In this document: positions 9,801-22,256 of the stretch, piece by piece
Layout: each line of letters begins with the position of its first letter
How positions within the stretch are numbered: the stretch's first letter is position 1
Origin: Paramoeba atlantica
Taxonomy: Eukaryota > Protista > Discosea
DNA length: 64,000 nt
Reading direction: 5' to 3'
NCBI GenBank assembly: GCA_977017575.1
Contig: CDRNVI010000169.1
Span: 62,001 to 126,000 of the forward strand
Made by a program: the position numbers and the translations under genes
The notes under the pieces: model-generated
What the model saw: only the letters and a program-made list of their open reading frames with translations
What the model was told of the DNA's origin: nothing
The model's database searches: none

Positions 9801-12800
9801 TTTTTTCTTCATTTTCATCTTTCCCTCTTTTTGAGACGAAATGACTCAAAAACAACAGATATCCAAAGATATGGAGGTGATCAATATATTCCCACAAGTG
9901 ATGGGGCAATGTGTGCAGACGTTTTTCTCCCATGTTTCAAATCTGAAAAAGGTTTCTCCGTTCGGTCAAAAAACGGAATGCAAGAACAAGTGAAATCAGA
10001 TTATTTAGTCGTTGAGGATGTCACGGGGAAAGAAAAGAGACAAAAAGCGCTCTCTTCTTTTCATGGAGTTCCTTGGGGTCAAAATCTGAATTTATTAAAA
10101 TTGTGGCGTCTTGTAAAGGAAAATGAAATTGATTCTGTTGTTGAGTTTATTCATCACTTTCCTGTTTTGGAAAACAAACAGACGAGAATTTTGGGGATGA
10201 TTTGGGCTGCTTGTCGAGGGAGGTTGCTTTTGCTTGATCATTTGCTTGGGATTGAGATGCTTGGTTTTGGTTCTGAGGGTGCTCTTTATGTTGAAGGTTT
10301 TTTGTTTTTGTTTTTTCTTTTTTTCTTTTTTCTTTAAGTTATTTCCTTGAAAAATTTATTTCTTTTTTTTTATAATTTGCGTGTGATGAAAATATCTTGT
10401 TTATATAAATACAATTAAAACAAAACAAATAATAGAGGGACCTTCAATAATGGGAGCGTTATGTCGAAAATGTCCTGAAGAAGAAGAAGAATTGTATTTA
10501 AAAGTAATGGAAAAGTTATTTGAAAGACGTGGAGATGTAAATGGAAGAATTGAAAAAAGTGCTTCAAATACTTATTTGCAAGAGGCGATTTTTTCAAATA
10601 ATTTTGTTGCTTTGACTTGGTTGTTGCAGAAGGGTTTTTTGTTTTATTTTTGTTTTATATTTTTCTTTCTTTCTTTCTCCTTTTTCTCTTTATTTTTTCT
10701 TTTTTTTGGTGGGCCTCCGTCCTCTCTCTTTCTCTTTCTCCTTTCTCACCTTTCTTTCTCAAAAGGTGCTATTGTTGGACAAAGAACAACGGACAATTAT
10801 ACTGAGTTGCAATTAGCAATTGTTTGTGGGAACCCCAAAATTTATCAACACCTTCTCCTTTCAACAGGTTTTTTTGTCACATTTTTTTCAAAATATCCAT
10901 TCATTTTATTATTATTTTTAAAATACAATTTATTAATATTTTTTTTTTGTTATTTTCTGCCAAAATAAAACAATCAAATAGGAGAAAAAGATGAAACTGC
11001 ACTCTTTGCAGAAAGTATTGGGCGTCCTACTTTCTTTGATAGCCTTTCCAGCCAAGAAGAAGGACATTTCAGCGAAAATTCAAATATCGCAAGATTGTCA
11101 TTCCGTTTTTGTGATTTTACGCCATTTAAAAAGAAATTGGGAGAAATTTATGGATCTTGGATGTTAATTGATATAAAAGAAGAGAAATATCTCCAAAAAG
11201 TCCAAGAGGTAAAAGAGAGAGTTGAAAAGAGTGGGAGAATATTCACCGAAATTTCATGCATTTGTTGCTTGTTTTGAGTCGAGGAATTTAGTGAAATTTA
11301 TTTTGTGTTTGAATTGTCTTTCTCCAAAGATTATTTTGGATGAGTTTGACATTCCTTGTGACGCCGAGGGGCGTGATTTGTATCGGAAATCGGGTCATCT
11401 TGAGAAGAGTTTGGAGGAGAGGGAAATTGATTTTGAAAACACTCTGGTTAATTTGAGGTTAATTTTTTTTTTTTCTTCTTTTTCTTTTTGGGTAGAGTTT
11501 CTTCTCTTTCTTCCTTTTTTGTTCCGTTATGTCAATTCTCACTCTCTCTTTCCTCTCTTCCTCTCTCTTTCCTCTCTCTCTCCTCTCTCCCCCCTCTCTC
11601 CCCCTCACTATTGATAGAGTGGATGTGAGTTTATCTCTACAATTAGAAGAAGAAGGGTTGAGTGAGGATGAAATGTATCAAACTTTTTTTCAGCATCAAG
11701 AAAAAAATGCTGTTTCAAATTTAGGGCTTCATCAAATGGTTCATGGTTCAAGTTCTAAGGGTAATTTCTTTTTTCTTTTCTTTTTTTTTTTCTTTTCTAT
11801 TTTCTTTTCTCTTTTCTTTTCTTTCTTTTTCTTTCTCTTTGGGCTTTTCTAGGGGTAATTTCTTTTTTATTTTCTTTTCTTTTTTCTTTTTTTCTTTTTT
11901 CTTTTATTGTCTATTTCTTTTTCAATTTCTTTTTTCTTTTCTTTTCTTTGGGTCTTATTCTTTCTCTCTCTTATTCTTTCTCTTGTTCTCTTTTAGAAGA
12001 AGCATTTGAATATGTACATCCAAAAGCAGGGGACAATCTTATTTCTCGATTGGACTGGGCGGGGAAAAAGAAACTTCCACTTCGTTTTTTTCATGACTCA
12101 CATTCTCCTTTTTATTTTTATTTGATTATTTTTCATCCTGTTGGTTTGTTTTTATTTTATTTTTGTTTTATTATTTTTGTTTTATTATTTTATTTTATTT
12201 TATTTTTTTCTTTTTCTTTTTCTTTTATCTTTATTTCTATTTCTATTATTATCAAATTTGTAAATAAAAAAATTTTGACCTTTTTTCTTTTTAAGGAAAA
12301 AAGACTTTTCGCAAAGTCCATGCGATGAAGGTTTTCTTTCTTTTCTCTCTCTCTCTCTTTCTAAATCAAATAAATACATAAACAAAATAAATAAATAAAT
12401 AAATAAAAATAAACAAAATAAATAAATTTTAAAAAAGGTGGATAAAGACAATTTTCTTCAATCAAAATTTGAAGTTGATTCGACTCTTTATCTTTCTCAT
12501 GAGGGTTTTCTTTATCGTGATTGTACTGTTGAAATTTGGGCGCAGGTTTTTTTTTTTTATTTATTTTTTTATTTATTTTTTTTTCATTTTTTTTTTCATT
12601 TTTTATCATGCTCCATTTTTTTTTCTTTTTTTTTTTCTTTTTAATTTTTTCTTTTTTCATTTTTTTTTCTTTCCCTCTCCTTTCTCTCTCTTCTTCTTAA
12701 ACATTCTTCGCACAAAAAACCACTTTCTCAAAAATAGATCAAGAAAACATTAATATTGAGTCAAGAATCAGAAATAATTTCTGATAATTATTTGTTTCGA

Positions 12801-12862
12801 GATTGTGAGTTGGTTGGCAGGGGCGAAATTTTGCTTGATCCTGTTGTTACTTCTTCTGGTTT

Positions 12863-12903
<41 letters not shown>

Positions 12904-15900
12904 TTTATTTATTTTGTTTTTATTTTTAATTTTATTTTGTTTTTTGTTTTTTGTTTCTTTTATTTTTTTTTTCTTTTTTTTTCTTTTTCTTTCTTTTTCT
13001 TTTGTTCTTTTGTTTTCTTTTGTTCTTTTCTAATTTTTCTCTACCTTAAACAGAATTGATAGTTCAAATCTCAAAAGGCGTGGGTTTGGTATGTCTCCAT
13101 CCAATCTTAAAACAAAACAAAACTCATTTTCCTCAATAACAAAAATCCATTTCCCAAAAAAAATTCACTAAAACAAAACAAAAAAAAAAATAAAACAGAC
13201 ATCAAAATTGTATGGAAAAGTGAAATATCATTCGGGAGAATCGGGATTGGCGGGGCCACAGAGTCGTTATGTTTCTTTTCCTATTACTGATCGTTTTAGT
13301 TCTTTGAAAGAGTTGGTTGGGAAGGGGTCTGTTGGCAAGATTTTGTCTCAGTTGGCTTATACTCCTGTTTATCCTGTTGGTTTGTTTGTTTCTTTTTTTT
13401 TTTATTTATTGTTTATTTATTTATTATTTGTTATTTATTTATTTATTTATTCTATTTTATTATTATCTTTGGGAAGGGGTCTGTTGGCAAGATTTTGTCT
13501 CAGTTGGCTTATACTCCTGTTTATCCTGTTGGTTTGTTTGTTTTTTTTTATTATTTGTTTTTATAAAAATATTTATTTAGATTTATTTAGTTCATTATTT
13601 ATTTATTTATTTATCTATTTATTATTTATTTATTTATTTATTATTTATGTTTTAATAAATTACATAAATAATAAAAATTACCGTTGACAAGATTTTGTCT
13701 CAGTTGGCTGATACTCCTGTTTATCCTGTTGGTTGGTTATTTATTTATTTATTTATTTATTTATTATTAACTGATTATTAATTTATTATTGATAAAATGT
13801 TAAATGATCAAATGCATTTTTTCTTCTTATTTGTTGTTTTCTCTTCTCTTCTCTTCTCTTTTCTCTTTCTAATTCTGAAAAATAGTGATTGTTCCTGGAT
13901 TTTGTTCGTCTGCTTTAGAAGTTCTTTCAAGTTATAAATTTCCTGCTTGGGAAAAAACAAGAGTTTTTCTTTCCTTCTCTTCTTTTTTTCTTTTCTTTCG
14001 TCTTTTTCTTTCTTTTTCTCTTTCTCTTTTTCCTTCGTTTTTTTAAGAAAGAATTTTTTTAAAAGGTTTGGATTGATCCAATGAAGATTGGAAATTTGGC
14101 CATGTACCAGAAACTTAGAACCAAGTTTTTTTCTCTTTTTCTTTTTCAAAATCTCTTCTTTTTTTTCTCTTCTTTTTTTTTTCTCTTCTTTTTTAAAATC
14201 TCTTCTTTTCTTTTTCTTCTCTTTTTTCCCTCTCTTCTCTCTCTCTCTCTCCCTCTCACTCATCCCTTTTCTCTCTCTCTTTTCTTTCTCTTCTTTTCTC
14301 TCCCCCCTCTCTCTTCTCTTACAATAAAACAAAACAGAAAAACAAATGATCCAGTGAGTAGACAGTGGTTGAAACATATTGCTCTTGCTGAGGATGGTTT
14401 TTCTGATCCTGAGGGTATTAAAGTCCGTCCTGGTTTGTTTTGTTTTCTTTTTTGTTTTGTTTTTTGTTTTTTATTTTTTGTTTTTTATTTATTTATTTTT
14501 ATTTATTTATTTTTATTTTTTTATTTTATTTTTATTTATTTTTATTTATTTATTTATTTTTAAAAATTTTTATTTATTTTTATTTATTTTTATTTATTTT
14601 TTAATTTTTGTTATTTTTTTTTTTTCTTTTTCTTTTTTTCTTTTATCAATTTATTTCCTGATTCTCATTTTCAAAATAGTGAGTGGATTTTCTGGTTGTG
14701 ATTATTTGGTTGAACAAACTTTAATTCGTCCACAATCTTATGTTTTGGGACCTCTTATTGCTAATCTTCTTGATTTGGGGTTTTTTATTCTTTTATTTAT
14801 TCTAATTCTTATTCTAATGGACGGGATATTATTTGTTTTTATTGATTATTTTCATTTTATTTCATTTTATTTTAATTTCTATTTCGTTTTCCTGACTCTT
14901 TTTTTTTTAATTATCCTCAAACAAATTAAGAATTAAGAATCATTAATTTAGAATTCCAAAAATAAAATGCTCATTTAAAAAATTATTTAGTTACGAAGCA
15001 AGAAATTTAGTAGCAGCAACATATGATTGGAGATTACCACCAACAAAATTACAAGAAAGAGATGGTTATTTTACCTATCTTTTTTATCAGATTTCTTCTT
15101 TGAGGGAGATTAATCGTCAGCGTGTTGTTTTGATGGGTCATAGGTTTTTTTTTTTTTCTTTTTTTTTTTTGTTTTTTGTTTTTTGTTTTTTGTTTGTTTT
15201 GTTTTGTTTTTTTGTTTTTTTCTTTTCTTTATTTTTGTTTTTTTTTTTTGTGTTTTTTTTTTGTGTTTTTTTGTGTTTTTATTCTTTTTTTTTGTGTTTC
15301 TTTATTTTGTTTCTAATTTTTAATCTTTTTTTTTAAAAAAATTCTTTTCTCTTTTCATTCTCCTCTTTCTTTCACCCATCTCCCCCCAACACACCACACA
15401 AACACAAACAAACGCAAACAAAACAGCATGGGAAACAAAGTAATCCACTACTTCCTCCTCTGGGCGGAAAAAAACAAGGGAAAAAAATGGATTGATGAAA
15501 ATGTCCATTCTTTTATGGCTCTTGGTGCTCCTTTTTTGGGGGCTCCTAAGGCTGTTCGTTCTGTTGTTTCTGGTGATCGTTTGGATTTGGAAGTTTTTTT
15601 GACTTCTTCTGAGGTTTTTTGTTTTGTTTTTTTTTGTTTTGTTTTTTTATTATTTTATTTATTTTTTATTTATTTTTTATTTATTTTTATTTATTTTTTT
15701 ATTTTATTGTTATTATTATTATTTCTTTTATGGCTCTTGGGGCTCCTTTTTTTGGAGGCTCCTAAGGCTGTTCGTTCTGTTGTTTCTGGTGATCGTTTGG
15801 ATTTGGAAGTTTTTTTGACTTCTTCTGAGGTTTTTTGTTTTGTTTTTGTTTTGTTTTATTTATTATTTTATTTATTTTTTATTTATTTTTTATTTATTTT

Positions 15901-18191
15901 TATTTATTTTTTTATTTTATTGTTATTATTATTATTTCTTTTATGGCTCTTGGGGCTCCTTTTTTTGGAGGCTCCTAAGGCTGTTCGTTCTGTTGTTTCT
16001 GGTGATCGTTTGGATTTGGAAGTTTTTTTGACTTCTTCTGAGGTTTTTTGTTTTGTTTTTGTTTTGTTTTATTTATTTTTTATTTATTTTTTATTTATTT
16101 TTTATTTATTTTCTTTATTCATTCATTCATTTATTTATTGTTTTTTATTTAATACTAAATTATTATTCTTTATTTTTCTTTTTTCTTTTTTCTTTTTCTT
16201 TTGAAGGGTTATTTTTTATTATTTTTTTTTTGAAATTTCGGTTTTCGGTTTTCCTTATCTTTTGTGGAAATGATTTATTCTTTTTTCTCTCTCTCTCTCT
16301 CTTCTCTCTTCTCCATCTTTTTTTCATTTTTCTTATTGACTAAAAAAAAAAGGGTCTTGCAATGTGTCGAAGAATGGCCACTCTCCCGTGGCTCTTTCCG
16401 GTTGATGAAAGATATCTCCCTGATGTCATCGGTTTTTTTTCTTTTTCTTTTTTTCTCTTTTTCTTTTTTTTTTCTTTTTCTTTTTCTTTTTTTCTCTTTT
16501 TCTTTTTTTTTTCTTTTTCTTTTTCTTTTTTTTCTTTTTTCTTTTTTTCTTTTTTTTCTTTTCTTTTTTTTTCTTTTCTTTTTCATTTTTTTTCCCTTTC
16601 TTTTCTCCTCTCATATCTCTCCTCCCCCCCCCCCTCTCTCCCTCCCAAACACAAAACCACAGGAAGAGTAAAAAGATCAGGACATTACCAAACACAAAAA
16701 ATGGCGTCACTTTTAGACTCAACTTCTTCAGATTCATGGAATTTTTTCAAAACTTTTTTTCAAAAAGATGATTTGTATTTGTTGTGTGACGATTCGAGGG
16801 AGAATTCGAGTGTTGTTCTTCCTCCTCCTGTTATGAGGTTTTTTTTTTTCTTTTTTTTTTCTTTTTTTTTTCTTTTTTTTTTCTTTTTTTTTTTCTTTTT
16901 TTTTTCTTTTTTTTTTCTATTTTTTTTCTATTTTTTTTTTCTTTTTTTTTCTCTTTCTTTTTTTTTCTCTTTTTTTCTCTCTCTTTTTTTCTCTTTTTCT
17001 CTTTGCTTTGAGAAATACTTTGAAGAAATTGTGTGAATAAAAGAGAATAATTATTTTTTTTAGACCTCCTTCTGTTGATCATATTTGGAATATTTATGGG
17101 ATTAATATGAAGACAGAAGTTTCTTTTTATTATAAAGATGTTGAGCAGGTTTGAAAAAAGAATATTTTATTGTTTTTTTATTTTATTTTATTTTAGATCT
17201 CAAAAAAAAAATCTCAAAAAAAATTTCTTTATTCTTTTTATTTTTCTTTTTAATATTTGTTTTCATTTCTTTTATTATTTTATTAATAAAAAAATATTAA
17301 CAATTTTTTAAAAGGGACCTTACCTTGATCATAGCGCAGAACAATTTAGGTTTCTTTTGATTCTCTTCTTCTCTTCTCTTTTTCTTTTTTGGTCGACCTC
17401 TCACGCTCTTTCTTCTCTCCCTCTCTTCTCTCTTTCTCCCTCTCCAGTCAGAAAAAATCAGTAGACAATCCAAGAGAATTTTATATCAGTGGAGGAATCG
17501 CTTATGAAACTGGTTTTCTTTCTCTTCTCTCTCTTTCTCTTCTCTCTTCTCTCTTCTCTCTCTTCTCCTTCTGAAGCCCTTTCTCTTCTCTCTCTCTCTC
17601 ATTCACTCTGTTTTTTTTCCACTTTCCTTTTAGCAAAAACATATCAACCCGTGATTCGTGCACACAAAAGTGGAGATGGAACTGTCCCTTATTGTTCTTT
17701 GTATTATGCTTCTTCTTGGAGGTTTTCTTTCTTTCTCTTTTCTTTCTCTTCTCTCTCTTTTCTTTTTCTTTCTTTCTCTCTTCTCATTTCCTTTCTCTCT
17801 CTTTTTTTCCAAAATTGTAGGAGCCAAACGCCAGGTGATGGTCTTCCTCATGTCCAAACAGTGGAAATTCCAGGAGTAGAGCACAGGTTATTTAATTTTA
17901 CAATTGTATTTGATTCTTCAAAAGTGCTTTTGATATTTTTGTGTCTCTCAATTTATTGATATTCTCTTCTAAAAATTCTTTATCTCTTTTAATTTTCTTT
18001 TGGAATTTCTGATTTGATTCAACAATTCTTCCCTCTCTCTTTCTCTCTTTTGTTGTTCTTTTTACAAAAACAGGGCCATGCTCCAAGATGACTATGTTAC
18101 ATTCCGAATACTTGAATTGTTATCCGAAAGAGAAAGACGAGATATTAGTGCAACAAGTCATCGAAGGCACGGTGCTGTCTCAGACTCATAA
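4952..18191 (+). CDS. Multidomain protein of roughly 2,200 aa (estimate): H-NOX-like - 2x HNOBA/PAS - ubiquitin-like - ankyrin repeats - C2-like - LCAT/PDAT-family acyltransferase/lipase
   Basis: About 38 exons joined by hand with matching intron phases, including the bridge 11997-12143 (phase 1), 12296-12330, 12438-12545 and onward into PV|VIVPGFCSSALEV (13886). Junctions near 6.9-7.07 kb and 9.74-10.0 kb have phase-compatible but non-unique solutions. Stop TAA at 18189-18191. Confidence 0.72.
7068..8520 (+). other. Two tandem HNOBA (sGC PAS-like) domains
   Basis: Copy 1: KEFPFHVLLNQEGVIKHLGRNL...ITLRGYFF...YILFVGAPLLKLSTDLEALCL...FSPHD. Copy 2: ELFPFHFRVSSDMMAIGIGPAL...ITLRGAVY...FYFLCSPVFTSLKAVSNLNLSLLDFSAHE. 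Both resemble sGC FPFH...LKGQM...ILFLCSP...LYLSDIPLHD. Confidence 0.85.
8880..10870 (+). other. Ankyrin repeat region
   Basis: NTILHEYC, GDTPL|AVA, TSLHLLC, GYPLHWAAAYGN, ETPLWVAADNAN, TYLQEAIFSNN and TELQLAIVCGN motifs. Confidence 0.85.
13317..13735 (+). repeat. Three degenerate copies of an exon 3' end plus donor site
   Basis: GGCAAGATTTTGTCTCAGTTGGCTTATACTCCTGTTTATCCTGTTG|GTT occurs at about 13335-13385, 13485-13535 and (diverged) 13685-13735. Confidence 0.9.
13886..18191 (+). other. LCAT/PDAT/group XV PLA2-family alpha/beta-hydrolase domain with an intact catalytic triad
   Basis: PVVIVPGFCSS; AATYDWRLP; nucleophile elbow GHS|MG split by intron 15144-15426; LGAPFLGAPKA; catalytic Asp motif SGDGTVP (~17670); catalytic His in GVEHR (~17875). 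Confidence 0.92.
15515..16050 (+). repeat. Tandem triplication (216 and 213 bp periods) of an LCAT exon end plus donor and intron start
   Basis: GCTCCTAAGGCTGTTCGTTCTGTTGTTTCTGGTGATCGTTTGGATTTGGAAGTTTTTTTGACTTCTTCTGAG|GT ends at 15613, 15829 and 16042. Confidence 0.95.
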
Positions 18192-18310
18192 TCATTTAAA
18201 AAACTGAATCAGAACTTGATAATATGAAGAAATATGTATAATAAATTGTTGATATTAAAAGAACTGAGAAACGAAATTTTCATTATCATTATGAAATGAG
18301 TCTCTTATTC

Positions 18311-21300
18311 TCAAAAATAAGAAAAAACCAATTTAAGAGTCACAATCTGACCAGAAGATAAACAAAGAGGTTTCTCCACATCCCAAACATTTCCCTCTTC
18401 CAACAAAGAAAGAGAATAAACTACAGCAGAATCCACCTTCCCAAAAGAGAAGAGAGAAGAAAGATTAACACAAGAGATTGTACTCCATTCTCCTTCCCAG
18501 TTCGGAGGATACATATGCTGAAAACGAGCAATTGTTTCAGTTGTATTAAATACATTTGGTTTGAGAGAGAGCATGCGGAGATTAAAGGGAAGATCTTCAT
18601 TGAGAAGAGAGGTAAAATTTGGAGGAGAGAAGAGTGAAGTTATGTCTTTAAGACTTTTTTGACTCTCAAATTTGTCTTCTTTCTTGTTGCGCAGAGGAAA
18701 GGGAGATGCAGAGAAGAATGAAGGTATCGGAGGTTGTAAATGAAGTTGTGAGAGAGTTCGTCGAACCAAATAACCATTTGACATTTCATCTCCAGTAACA
18801 CATAAAATAGAATCATCCACAATACGATCTTGATCATCTAACGGTTCCCCAACTCCTGCAGGGGGTAATTCAGACGTATTTGTCCTTCGATGCACAAGCC
18901 ATTCCAAATTTCCTTCCCTTCCACAACTTGCGGCATGGCCCCGATCAAACAATACACCAAAACTTGAAGAATGAGATGGGATTTGGTCATGTATTGTCGC
19001 CCAATGTGTTGATGGAAAGAAATATTTTGCATGATGAGAGAAAGAAGTCCCCTCTGGGATACAATCCCTCCCCATTTCAACCAAACCATTTGCATTGGTA
19101 AAGAAACGTCCCTGTAATTGTGAGGAAAATTGAGCAGAAATTTCCACACCACCTGGAATGGGACCAACAGTTGTAGCAACTTGGAGACCATATCCAACCC
19201 CATCTCCGAAAGGATTTTTATCATCAAAAGAAGAAGATCCTGTGACAAGAGAGAACGTTTGGTGGAGGAGATAGTCAGCCTCATATTGAATCGAAACAAA
19301 AGAAGTCACACTTCCATTCCCATACCACATTTTTCGAGGAGTTCCTGCGATTTTTGAGTTCTTTGGACGGAATGTGTAATCTCCATCGTGGTCTGCTTCA
19401 TACTGTATCACTTGATTTGTGAGAGAGATTTGTGTCTTCGTTACATAATCGTAAACACTTTGAAGGTAACCTGTCTTGGAATCAAATGTGACAAGTAAAT
19501 TATCATTTTGAAGATAAATCGGATCTTCCAACGATTCTTCAGTTGATTGCGAGAGAGGGATGGAAAAAATTTGAGTCTCTGCACAACTCTCAGAACTGTC
19601 AGGAGAAATCAAATATCGTTTAATGCCAAGCGGGGGAAGTAAAGACATCCATTGCAATTCATACTGAACTTCTTCATTTTCTTTGGAAAAAGGGAGGGCT
19701 GGGACGAGTTGAGAAGAAACATAATCCCCAGTTTCGAGATCAAGAACAGACATACAGTTGTTTGCTGGGATTGCCACGTTTGTATTTCGTGTTTGTCCAA
19801 TTGGGTTGTACCAAATGACTTCGAATTGCTGCGATTGAAAAGAAGAGGAAAGATGAAGAAGTTGTTGTTCATGTTGTCGTCCTTGTTGGTACTGGTACGG
19901 GTTTAAGATTGAATGCAAGATCTTTTCTGAACGAAAGAGAGATTGGTTAAGCATTTGGAGATAATTTTGAACAACATCTCCACGTGCTGTCCCTGTTACC
20001 GCATCATGATGAGCCAAGATCCCCGAGGTTCCTCGATTTTCAAAGAGCTCCTCTCTTTCCTAAAAAATAATCTTTGGATCAGGAAAAAAAAAATAAAAGA
20101 TTAATTCTTTGAATTGCTGTGAAGAAGCAGATGTTGGTTTTCTTTTTGTGTTAGAAACTGATTGACCTGTGATGTAATTTGACCTTTCCCAACAAGAAGT
20201 TGGTCAACAGCATCTAAAATTGCATCAGTGACTCGGACTCTCTTCTTCAGAGTTGGTCGAGAGGTGTAGAACCCACTCCACCAGGAGTCAGGAAACTGTT
20301 TCAATTGAAAAAATGAAAGTTAGAAAAAGAGAAAATAAGATGATTTTTCAGAATAAAAAATAATTTTTACCTCGGCATAAGGATAAAAATCAATCTCCTC
20401 TGATAACACAGGCCACTTTACACCCTCCTCCTTTTCCAAACTTTCAAAAAAAGCAGACAAAGTCGAGTACTGAACCGTCACATTAAATAGGAGACGATTT
20501 GCATTGATAAAATTAATGAGTTTGTCATAGTTGGTATATTGAAGAGAAGCATTTTGATATGCAAAGTCAAAACCAATTGGGATTAAGATCTTAATGAATG
20601 AGGAAAAGGGAAAAGTGAGAAAGATAAAGAAGGAGATTAAGGGAGAAAGAAAGGTAAAGAAGAAAAAGAAGTGATAAGTAAAACCACTGAGAGAGGAGAG
20701 AATAAAAGAGAAAAGCAAAAAAAAAAAGGGGGGGGGGATGGATCCTATTGGTAAAATAAAAAAAACCTGATTTGTTTTATACTCTTTGGCACGAAGACGA
20801 GCAATGGCAACAAACTCTGCTGCTCTCTCCAAGATATTTGTGTCTGTAATTGGAGGAGATATTTTTTCTGGTTGCTCAAAGTCAAAAGTAGGAGGAAAAC
20901 CATATAATAGCTGATCCAACGTATGAACAAAGAGAGAGGTTGTGCTATTTGTATTGTTACCCTCATTTTTCACTTGAAAAGAGTTGTTGTTGTTGACACC
21001 AAGATAAGAAGTATCCCAAAAAAACTCCATCACATGATTCTTCTCTACCTTTCCCTTAATCAACCCAATCCTGTCAGTCACCAACCCTTTATATCCAATC
21101 AAAGAAAAGAGATGTGTATTTGCACTGGAGGGACCAAAAGGGTCGATTTGCCATCCAATTTTTGGTTTTGTATTGAGAATGTTTTGGAGCCAGAGGTGCC
21201 CAAGTTCATTTTGGTTAATGATTGCTTCATAGCTTTGGGAGAAAAGAGAAAATTTAAAGATGGATTATGAAAGGAGAAATAGATAGAAAGAAAAAAAAAT

Positions 21301-22135
21301 GTGGTGGAAGAATGAGAGTAAACAATTAAATGAAAGAGATAGAGGGGCTAAGAGACCAAGAAAAAAGAAAAACCTTGTAATAGCTTCATCATTTTGAACC
21401 CAACCGCCCCCAATAAACTCTAATGTCCCTTCTCCAACAAGTTTTCTGAATTAAAAAAAAAAGAGGACTTAGATGAAGAACTAAAAAAAAAAGTTTTTTT
21501 TTTGAAGAAAAATGAAAGAAGAGAACTTGACATTCTCTTTCATTGTATTGTTTGCATCCGTCCACCACCTCAAGAAAGAAAAGATGAGAATGTTTTTCTC
21601 GATGAAGAATTGAATGAATTGAGAAACCGATTAAAGTATCCCATTTCAGCCCAATTAAACACACGCTTGGGAGTTTTTGGAGATTTCTTGAGCAGTTCTC
21701 CAACTACCTTTAAAGAGAAAAAAGGGGGGAAGAATGAGCAAAGAGACAAAGGGGGATGAACAAAGAAAAAGGAGAGGATTATTCGAAAATTGGAAGAAAA
21801 TCAAAAAAAGGAGGAGAAAGTGGGAAAAAGAAAAAGAAAAAGAAATACTGAGTTGAGGATAAATTTGACTTCAGTTTGATAATATTCTTCAAAAGAGATG
21901 AGCCAACCAGCATCACAATGAGAATGAGGAACTAAATACAAATCAAGACGATCACCTCGAACATGACTGATCGGCCCATCTTTTTTCTCTTCACTTCCTG
22001 CCAACAAAAAAAAAGAATCAAAACATATTTTCTCTCTCTCTCTCTCTCTCTATTTTCTTTCTCTGAGAACATCAGATCGGAACCTCGAACAAGAAGAAGG
22101 AAGAAAAGAACGGACCAAACAACCAGCCTCGCCAT
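18311..22135 (-). CDS. Glycoside hydrolase family 38 alpha-mannosidase (lysosomal/secreted type)
   Basis: Signal peptide MARLVVWSVLFFLLLVRG; Zn motif LVPHSHCDAGW; nucleophile motif WQIDPFG (~21140); ILIPIGFDF; FYTSRPTLK; AHHDAVTGT; long terminal exon ending at 18311. Confidence 0.93.
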
Positions 22136-22256
22136 TCTCAGCAAAAACGAAAAAAAAAAAAAGGCAAACTCTTTTTTAAATAGTTAAAAAAAGAAAGAGC
22201 CGAAATCCTTTTTTAGCTTTTTCATTCGCCGAAAAAATGGTTAAAATAGCCCTAAC

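Noticed and set aside
12296-12330. Gene end at EKRLFAKSMR* making the ankyrin and LCAT parts separate genes
   Set aside because: That frame is incompatible with the upstream phase-1 donor. The compatible frame is open and ends at a GT donor. The next segment starts at AG|GTG with no ATG. It remains formally possible until cDNA is seen.
4952-12330. Soluble guanylyl/adenylyl cyclase
   Set aside because: No class III cyclase motifs were found downstream of the HNOBA domains.
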